Assembly (NCBI GenBank): GCA_038087875.1
Contig: CM075987.1
Coordinates: forward strand, 20,088,001 to 20,152,000
Source: Malacoraja senta
Lineage: Eukaryota
Reading direction: 5' to 3'
Length of the DNA stretch: 64,000 nucleotides
Shown here: one piece after another, positions 60,601-64,000 of the stretch
How positions within the stretch are numbered: position 1 is the first letter of the stretch
Layout of the letters: every line of letters begins with the position of its first letter
Notes under the pieces: model-generated
What the model was told of the DNA's origin: nothing
Seen by the model: the letters and a program-made list of their open reading frames with translations, nothing else
The model's database searches: none
Made by a program: the position numbers and the translations under genes

Positions 60601-63322
60601 GCTGAAGCAGGACAACAAACCACCAACAACAAGGAATGATAAGTGTACCAGCATCTTTTTGTCTACAAAAATCAATGCCTGAATCATTCTTGGATAGCCC
60701 ACACTTCAGATTCTTCTCCCACAAGATCCCCATAGCCACACAAACTCTTCATGATTTCTCACGCACAAAGTCATTAAGGTGTCACGGACACAGTTTAGAT
60801 TTTAATATCAAACATTTTAATGTTAATAAATTAATTTAAACTACTTTTTCATGTGTAAATTAGGTTAAAATTTCAATTGATTATAAAAGATAAAAGCAGA
60901 TGACTTAGCATCACTTATGTTTTTAATGATGGTCAGCAATCCATCTCGGATGAATTGCAGCTGGGGTCATCTGAGATAAAGCCGAGGGGTCATGCCTCTC
61001 AGAGTACAGTCTAGTGTGGGAGTGGAGGCTGAGGGGATGGGAAGATCGTGGTTGCATTGTTGGAGGTTGCATTGTGTTATTGAGGTTAGCAAGTATAGGA
61101 ATGATTGATCCAAGTTGTGTGCCACTTAGGATCAATGTATTGGATTGGTAATTTATGTGTACTGTTCTCTTGACATGCATGTGGTAAATGTTTCAACTTG
61201 TAAATGTTTGGAATCTAGAGTTTTGGAAAAGCTTCAAATGCCTATCTCAATGATCATCATTTCATGTCTACCTTTTACTGTACCAACAATGTTAAAGTCC
61301 TGCTCCAAATTGATGTGTAAATAATGCACTGAGACAAAATGGATGAACATGCACAACAGAGCTATCAACTTCCTTACAGCAGCAGCAACAATGTATTTAT
61401 ATGACACATAACATAGCAATACATGGATTATCTAACAGAATTCCTGCAGATGGAAAAAATGCACAGACTGCTTCGATGTTTAAGAATGGTGAGAAGGGGA
61501 AACTTAGGAATTATTTTGTAATTAACCAAACATTTGCGATTGGCAAATTACTGGAGTCTGTAATTAAGGATAAAGTGACTACTCCTTGAAAATGTTCATT
61601 TAATCAGGGAGAGTCAAGATGGATTCGTTACGAAAAGGCAAAAAAAGGCTAAAAATCTGAAATAAAAAACAGAAAATGCTGGAAGTACTCAGCAGGTCAA
61701 ACTAAAAGGTCTCTGACCTGAAACGTTAATTCTGTTTCTCTCTCCACAGATGCGGTCTGACCTGCTGAGTATTTCCAGCATTTTCTGTTTTATTATGGAT
61801 TTGTAAAGGGTAGGTCATGCCTAAAGAACCTGGTTGAATTTTTTTGAAAAGGGGAATAAAGTAGGATGAAATTGACCAGTGGTGTTGTTTATATGCACCT
61901 CAAGAAGGCATATGAAAAGTCCCTCAAAAGAAACTGCTGCTAAAGCTCAAGGAATTAGGAGCAATTTAACAACTTGCCTTGGAAATTAGTTGTGTGGCTT
62001 GGTAGTGGTTGACTAGGATATGTTTTGGGGCTGTTGTCAATCACTTTCTCATGCAACAAGCCTTGAATGTACATTTTGAATGTGCATTTTGGGGCCGTAT
62101 GACTAACTTCACATTCCCAGCAAAGTCTCCTGGCGTTTTGCACCGATATGACTTTCTGTCTTTAACCATTCATCCACTTTTCACACCAACCATACTTTCA
62201 GCATTCACAGGACAAGGCACAAAGTAAACCATTCCACCATTAACAAATCTGTAGCTTTGATTCCAGCCTGCACCTGAGATTAGTCCCCTGAATTGAACTA
62301 TCTTACTGCTGGCTATTCTGCATGCTCTTTCAAACACAAAATCAATATCTCATTTGCACTTGCATGCTGTCATTTGTCAGCCTGGATACTGTATCGAAGC
62401 ACCCTATATAAAATTACATTCTTTGCTGTTTTATCTAATCCTGGCTACGTATACCAGATCTGTAACTCAAAAATCTCTGAAGACACTGCGAAAGTGTCCC
62501 TTCAAGGTTCTTACAAATGTTCTCATACGAGACCTTATCCATAGACTGAGTAAACCTATCCACTTCTCATTTGACATCAGTCTTGCATCCAGAAACAATA
62601 TCACCTTCCTCTCATTGCTTGTGGCTTTGCTTCACCTTTCTTTGTCCTTTCTAGGACTTCAGTGATGTTACTTATTCACTAGAACATATCCATTCATTCT
62701 ATAAATAGTGCAAGTGGCTGCGATCACTTATACTTCTCAAGTTCACTGACATCAATCAGATCCACCACCTGCCATTATTACTGTTGGACCCAGAGAATCC
62801 TATTTCCTTTTTACTTCACACTTGAGCGTTGCCCTGCGCTTTCTTTAAGCACAATTATCCTAAACTTATCACCAATACCTGCATTCTCTTTTCTGTTGAA
62901 ACCTCTGCATGTTTTTCATTGGACAATAATCTTTAACTAAAGAAACATTTCCTCTTCTATATTCAGCAGCCGGAAATTTATCACCTACCAAAATCGATAA
63001 CTGGAAAATAAATCAATAACTGGAATTTGCACCAAGGCAAATTCCTTGTATGTGAATACTTGGCCAATAAACTTATTAATTCATTCATAACATCCTCAGA
63101 GTAGTCAGGCCAATTATTTAATAGTTGATAATTTCATTCTCCATTGTGAAACGGTATCTTGACACTTCCAGTCAAATGACCATGTTTGTAAATGTGGAGA
63201 TACATTAGAATTAGGAATTACAATGATCATCATCTGTTATTTGCTTTTTTTCTGTTTAGGGCCATCCTGGAGATGCAGGTTTTACTGGGATCCAAGGTCC
63301 AAAAGGGCCTCCGGGATTAATG
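3562..63322 (+). CDS. COL27A1: Clade C fibrillar collagen, alpha-1(XXVII)-like; internal 17-exon portion of the major triple helix (400 aa), gene extends beyond both window ends
   Basis: 17 AG/GT-bounded phase-0 exons join into continuous Gly-X-Y. Peptides such as [47 protein letters not shown] and [12 protein letters not shown] match my recollection of vertebrate COL27A1 in order and fit COL24A1 less well. Confidence 0.9.
3890..4021 (-). mobile_element. Penelope-like element (PLE) terminus with hammerhead-like motif
   Basis: Nearly identical to termini at 27277-27400 and 21403-21539; reverse complement reads ctgaagaagggtctcgacccgaaacatt. Confidence 0.75.
4904..5140 (+). mobile_element. L2-type LINE 3' tail inserted into a PLE remnant
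   Basis: Ends 'gtccttgag...aaggcgcccgtaaataaaatcc(att)n'; AACCCA duplicated at 4898-4903 and 5141-5146; flanks rejoin as the PLE terminal sequence. Confidence 0.6.
5812..5865 (+). CDS. COL27A1: Collagen exon W2 (54 bp) [18 protein letters not shown]
   Basis: T-tract, gcaaag|GGT...AAG|gtaagt. Confidence 0.95.
7595..7810 (+). mobile_element. HE1-like SINE, 5'-truncated
   Basis: V-core 'gtgggtttcctctgggtgctccagtttcctcc' plus 'gaagggcctgtttccatgctgtgtctctaaaa' tail. Confidence 0.75.
9322..9615 (-). mobile_element. HE1-like tRNA-derived V-SINE
   Basis: Reverse complement of the SINE at 20605; A/B-box head and CR1-type tail. Confidence 0.85.
9989..10096 (+). CDS. COL27A1: Collagen exon W3 (108 bp) [36 protein letters not shown]
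   Basis: cgttag|GGT...CAA|gtaaga. Confidence 0.95.
11090..11370 (+). mobile_element. CR1/HER1 LINE 3' end (old)
   Basis: 'agagggcatagctttaag...ttttacacagagggtg...tgggctgaagtgtccattcctgtgctatac'. Confidence 0.7.
14605..15235 (-). repeat. GC/CpG-rich interspersed segment, probably the 5' region of a retroelement (unassigned)
   Basis: Abrupt GC/CpG rise in an AT-rich intron, followed by an A-rich stretch; ORF 14530..15081 has no recognisable domain; orientation inferred. Confidence 0.4.
15310..17200 (+). mobile_element. Composite CR1 LINE ORF2 fragments (old copy plus younger 3' end at about 15849-16450)
   Basis: KSLGPDDL...LKEVA...[13 protein letters not shown]; [19 protein letters not shown]; RTRGHRFK...FTQRVVGVW; CR1 tail at 16405-16450. 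Confidence 0.9.
18250..18630 (-). mobile_element. CR1/HER1 LINE 3' end
   Basis: [25 protein letters not shown] on minus strand; tail 'acagcacagaaacaggcccttcagcc'. Confidence 0.85.
19259..19580 (-). mobile_element. HE1-like V-SINE, full length
   Basis: (tttag)n tail, V-core, tRNA-like head; inverse of the 20605 copy. Confidence 0.9.
20605..20923 (+). mobile_element. HE1-like V-SINE, full length, young
   Basis: Head 'ggtggcgcagcggtaga...gggttcgatccc' (pol III A/B boxes), V-core, tail 'ccgaagggcctgtttccgtgctgtatctct' plus (aaact)n. Confidence 0.9.
21056..21199 (-). mobile_element. Short PLE terminus insert
   Basis: 'aggaactgcagatgctgg...gagtaactcagcgggtcaggcagc'; 13/14 TSD ttaaaatWtatgga at 21042-21055 and 21200-21213. 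Confidence 0.7.
21403..21539 (-). mobile_element. 137-bp solo PLE terminus with hammerhead-like motif
   Basis: 12/13 TSD ttggaaaMttaaa at 21390-21402 and 21540-21552. Confidence 0.8.
22357..22990 (+). mobile_element. Old V-SINE split by an L1 insertion
   Basis: Head 'ggcacagtggtgcagcag...ggttcgatcctgacc'; core resumes after 22894 with 'tttcctctggaagttctggtttcctcccat'. Confidence 0.75.
22463..22883 (-). mobile_element. 5'-truncated L1-clade LINE (ORF2 C-terminus, 3' UTR, poly-A)
   Basis: Minus-strand [21 protein letters not shown] resembles fish L1 ORF2 ends; T-tract is the poly-A; 11-bp TSD attctcttctt at 22452-22462 and 22884-22894. Confidence 0.8.
24954..25007 (+). CDS. COL27A1: Collagen exon W4 (54 bp) [18 protein letters not shown]
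   Basis: atccag|GGA...AAG|gtgtgt. Confidence 0.95.
25901..26008 (+). CDS. COL27A1: Collagen exon W5 (108 bp) [36 protein letters not shown]
   Basis: ttgcag|GGT...TTG|gtattc; lies within ORF 25859..26146. Confidence 0.95.
26589..26642 (+). CDS. COL27A1: Collagen exon W6 (54 bp) [18 protein letters not shown]
   Basis: tgatag|GGT...GAG|gtaagg. Confidence 0.95.
26780..27095. mobile_element. Palindromic PLE-derived mini-element (about 26846-27040) nested in an older PLE terminus
   Basis: Inverted arms 'aaactgctggagaaactcagtgggtcaggc' / 'acctgacctgttaagttcctccaacagttt'. Confidence 0.6.
27277..27984. mobile_element. Penelope-like element with inverted termini and GIY-YIG C-terminal remnant
   Basis: Minus arm encodes [27 protein letters not shown]; plus arm 27697-27984 is its inverse; TGAATGGT duplicated at 27269-27276 and 27985-27992. 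Confidence 0.85.
28635..28990 (+). mobile_element. PLE 3' end with hammerhead-like motif at 28911-28938
   Basis: 'cttgggcaacttacaacccagcggta' (GIY-YIG end), ctgaagaagggtctcgacccgaaacatc. Confidence 0.8.
29602..30305 (-). mobile_element. CR1 LINE 3' end, young
   Basis: [14 protein letters not shown]...[19 protein letters not shown]; [16 protein letters not shown]...RTRGHSL. Confidence 0.92.
30517..30790. mobile_element. Harbinger-type MITE, one terminus only
   Basis: taa|aggggctgtcccacttgggcgac resembles the 1874 TIR; no matching right TIR found. Confidence 0.6.
32327..32380 (+). CDS. COL27A1: Collagen exon W7 (54 bp) [18 protein letters not shown]
   Basis: ttatag|GGA...AAG|gtaaat. Confidence 0.95.
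33145..33445 (-). mobile_element. Degenerate V-SINE
   Basis: 'ttaacctaccaaccagcatgtccttggaatgtgggagg...acaaactcc'. Confidence 0.65.
34400..35310 (+). mobile_element. Old CR1 ORF2 3' fragment
   Basis: 'gcattggaggcagttcagagaaggttcact', 'ggtgaccttattgaaacatataagattctgagggg'; many stops and frameshifts. Confidence 0.7.
37160..37452 (+). mobile_element. HE1-like V-SINE
   Basis: 'gtctgtgtggagtttgcacgttctccctgtgaccacgtgagtttcctccaggtgc' core plus tail. Confidence 0.85.
37708..38415 (-). mobile_element. Rex1/Babar LINE 3' end (RT C-terminal region, largely open)
   Basis: ORF 37901..38401 [20 protein letters not shown]...[17 protein letters not shown]...[16 protein letters not shown]; short-repeat tail. 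Confidence 0.88.
38500..38830 (-). mobile_element. Old PLE GIY-YIG remnant
   Basis: 'tacctgaaattggg...atatgagatatagttcctgcaatttgcatttggcc' resembles the inverse of 55810-55900. Confidence 0.55.
39454..39510 (+). CDS. COL27A1: Collagen exon W8 (57 bp) [19 protein letters not shown], contains a one-residue helix interruption
   Basis: ctccag|GGT...AGG|gtaaag; 19 codons with G-K-V-E-G. Confidence 0.95.
40040..40490 (+). mobile_element. CR1/HER1 LINE 3' end
   Basis: [20 protein letters not shown]...YKIMRG...KTRGHRFK. Confidence 0.85.
41731..41784 (+). CDS. COL27A1: Collagen exon W9 (54 bp) [18 protein letters not shown]
   Basis: ttgcag|GGC...CCT|gtaagt. Confidence 0.95.
41906..42039. other. Assembly gap (134 N)
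   Basis: Run of n. Confidence 1.
42240..42850 (+). mobile_element. CR1 ORF1 fragment (SGNH esterase-like)
   Basis: gcaatagtgattggagattcaatagttagggg = [11 protein letters not shown]; then [22 protein letters not shown], typical of the CR1 ORF1 esterase. Confidence 0.75.
43010..43430 (-). mobile_element. Rex1/Babar LINE 3' end
   Basis: [28 protein letters not shown]...[15 protein letters not shown]; (caagt)n tail; same family as 37708. Confidence 0.88.
43640..43845 (+). mobile_element. LINE 3' UTR/tail (unassigned)
   Basis: Hairpin 'ttcagaccggaaggtctgaa', 'tgacaataaa', (tact)n tail. Confidence 0.5.
43975..44028 (+). CDS. COL27A1: Collagen exon W10 (54 bp) [18 protein letters not shown]
   Basis: ctacag|GGT...CCA|gtaagt. 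Confidence 0.95.
44328..44381 (+). CDS. COL27A1: Collagen exon W11 (54 bp) [18 protein letters not shown]
   Basis: ttttag|GGT...GAG|gtgggt. Confidence 0.95.
44412..44838 (-). mobile_element. CR1/HER1 LINE 3' end
   Basis: [13 protein letters not shown] on minus strand; begins about 30 bp after the W11 donor. Confidence 0.8.
45176..45497 (-). mobile_element. HE1-like V-SINE, full length, young
   Basis: (tttag)n tail; close inverse of the 20605 copy. Confidence 0.9.
46725..46985 (+). mobile_element. Degenerate V-SINE
   Basis: 'ggtttcgatcctatctgtgtggaatttacgcattctccctgtg...tttcctcccacatcccaaagac'. Confidence 0.7.
48284..48337 (+). CDS. COL27A1: Collagen exon W12 (54 bp) [18 protein letters not shown]
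   Basis: acacag|GGA...CCA|gtaagt. Confidence 0.95.
48784..48891 (+). CDS. COL27A1: Collagen exon W13 (108 bp) [36 protein letters not shown]
   Basis: acttag|GGA...ACA|gtaagg; last triplet starts with Ala instead of Gly. Confidence 0.93.
50336..50459 (-). mobile_element. Short PLE terminus insert
   Basis: 'gtgctggaggaactcagcgggtcaagcagcatctg...gacccttcttcagg'; TSD ttaaagtag at 50327-50335 and 50460-50468. Confidence 0.7.
50905..51012 (+). CDS. COL27A1: Collagen exon W14 (108 bp) [36 protein letters not shown]
   Basis: ctttag|GGG...AAG|gtgaga. Confidence 0.95.
51333..52002 (-). mobile_element. CR1 LINE 3' end, young
   Basis: [14 protein letters not shown]...[15 protein letters not shown]; same subfamily as 29602 and 54820. 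Confidence 0.92.
52015..52499. mobile_element. Tc1/mariner superfamily (Tc2-like) MITE with internal tandem repeats
   Basis: 25-bp TIR CCGTATTTCCCGGCAATGAAGACGC (24/25 match), TA at 52013-52014 and 52500-52501. Confidence 0.85.
53490..53855. mobile_element. Old PLE-derived palindromic remnants
   Basis: 'aacagaaaatgttagaaacatcagcaggtcagacagcatc' versus 'ccacagatgctgcc...tgttctgtttt'; 'ttccagcatctgcagt' tail. Confidence 0.55.
54820..55507 (+). mobile_element. CR1 LINE 3' end, young
   Basis: [34 protein letters not shown]...; [25 protein letters not shown]; (ctattgt)n tail. Confidence 0.92.
55660..56104 (+). mobile_element. 5'-truncated Penelope-like element: GIY-YIG endonuclease C-terminus plus terminus
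   Basis: [17 protein letters not shown]...PVAQHFN...[21 protein letters not shown]; perfect 14-bp TSD tctgccattcaatt at 55646-55659 and 56105-56118. Confidence 0.9.
56438..56545 (+). CDS. COL27A1: Collagen exon W15 (108 bp) [36 protein letters not shown]
   Basis: ttgcag|GGC...CCG|gtcagt; lies within ORF 56429..56611. Confidence 0.95.
58754..58807 (+). CDS. COL27A1: Collagen exon W16 (54 bp) [18 protein letters not shown]
   Basis: tttcag|GGA...AAG|gtatgg. Confidence 0.95.
59310..59880 (+). mobile_element. Old CR1 3' fragment with a nested short LINE tail (about 59428-59505)
   Basis: 'ttggaggcaatccagaggagattt', 'cttattgaaacacataaaat'; nested 'tgacaataaagt(tgaatc)n'. Confidence 0.65.
60008..60343 (-). 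mobile_element. HE1-like V-SINE
   Basis: Inverse of the 20605 copy, with an internal deletion and a small insertion. Confidence 0.88.
61420..61960 (+). mobile_element. Old CR1 RT fragment with nested palindromic PLE mini-element (61633-61794)
   Basis: [12 protein letters not shown]...[11 protein letters not shown]; insert has about 38-bp inverted arms; degenerate TSD atggattYgtWaMg. Confidence 0.7.
63260..63322 (+). CDS. COL27A1: Collagen exon W17 (63 bp) [21 protein letters not shown]
   Basis: gtttag|GGC...ATG|gtatgt; 7 triplets. Confidence 0.95.
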
Positions 63323-63644
63323 GTATGTAGTTATATGTTGCAGGGATTTCAGAGTTTTACATAATCAATACATACAAGCAAAAAAGCTAATTTAGTCAAT
63401 GAAAAGTTGAATAATCACTGATTTGCTTCACTTCACCAAACCTGATCCGCAAAGGCTTCAATAGTATAACCTGCACCAATTAGCCTCTTATTCAGCTCAA
63501 TCAGCAAAGGATGAACAAATTGGTCTTGAAATGCAGGGGCCTTCAAGCAGGCTCTTTTATTGCGAGATACAGGATGTTTCCATTACACCTTTGACGAGTA
63601 ACTGAATTGATAAGGAATTGAGAATTCCACAAGCATGCATAATT

Positions 63645-64000
63645 ATTTTTTTTTTTTTTTTTAATTTTTATTTATTAGAAGTACATTACATCACAGCCAC
63701 ATACATTAATACTCGTCATTTATATCTTCTTACAATTAATGTACTCCCTTTATTTTTTTTTACGCTAAAGAAAGAAAAGATTGAAAGAGAGAAGAAAGTG
63801 AAGGAAAAAGTGCAAGTGTAGAAAAGTGTAGAAAATGTAACAACAAAAAAAAAAAAAAAAAAAGGACGGGGACCCTATGAAAGCGAAATTAAAGACAAAA
63901 AAAAAAAGGAGTTAAGAAATAGGCCCTAAGAAAAGAAAAGAGAGAGAGAAAAAAAGAAAAACAAATGTTTTTTTTTTTTTGAGCATCACGTAAATAGGAC
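63645..64000 (-). mobile_element. Probable L1 3' UTR/poly-A end (continues past the window)
   Basis: T-tract plus 'tttattagaagta' followed by A/G-rich sequence, as in the L1 at 22463. Confidence 0.6.

Noticed and set aside
62000-62950. Ancient L2 fragment
   Set aside because: Only a vague resemblance; no motif readable with confidence
1-64000. Prokaryotic systems (CRISPR arrays, operons, defence islands)
   Set aside because: Spliced vertebrate gene with vertebrate TEs; no regular repeat-spacer array seen
1-64000. Most supplied ORFs as independent genes
   Set aside because: Short and low-complexity, antisense to TEs or collagen exons (for example 9885..10067, 54771..55274), or spanning Ns
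1-64000. miR-455, known to be intronic in COL27A1
   Set aside because: I did not see the mature sequences; it is expected in an intron upstream of this window

Overview
Eukaryotic (vertebrate) genomic DNA, not prokaryotic. The repeat content (HE1-type V-SINEs sharing a 3' tail with CR1/HER1 LINEs, Penelope-like elements, Rex/Babar) points to a cartilaginous fish, probably a skate or ray (inference). The whole window lies inside one + strand clade-C fibrillar collagen gene, best matching COL27A1. I read 17 consecutive GT-AG, phase-0 Gly-X-Y exons (10x54, 5x108, 1x57, 1x63 bp = 1200 bp, 400 aa), numbered W1-W17 in this window only. They are colinear with my recollection of the human COL27A1 helix, including the GKxEG interruption. 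The gene start and end lie outside the window. The introns contain CR1, Rex/Babar, L1 and L2 fragments, tRNA-derived SINEs, Harbinger and Tc2-type MITEs, and many Penelope-like (GIY-YIG) termini carrying a minimal hammerhead-ribozyme motif (CTGAAGA-hairpin-GAAAC-GTC). Most notable: (i) the dispersed Penelope/hammerhead mini-elements, with readable target-site duplications (TSDs) and palindromic architecture; (ii) a Gly->Ala break in the helix at 48883; (iii) a perfect 34-bp hairpin; (iv) a 62-bp locally templated insertion. Apart from two that span collagen exons (25859, 56429) and those derived from LINE/PLE fragments, the supplied ORFs appear spurious. All family names come from motif recognition, not database searches, and repeat boundaries are approximate unless a TSD or terminal inverted repeat (TIR) is given.
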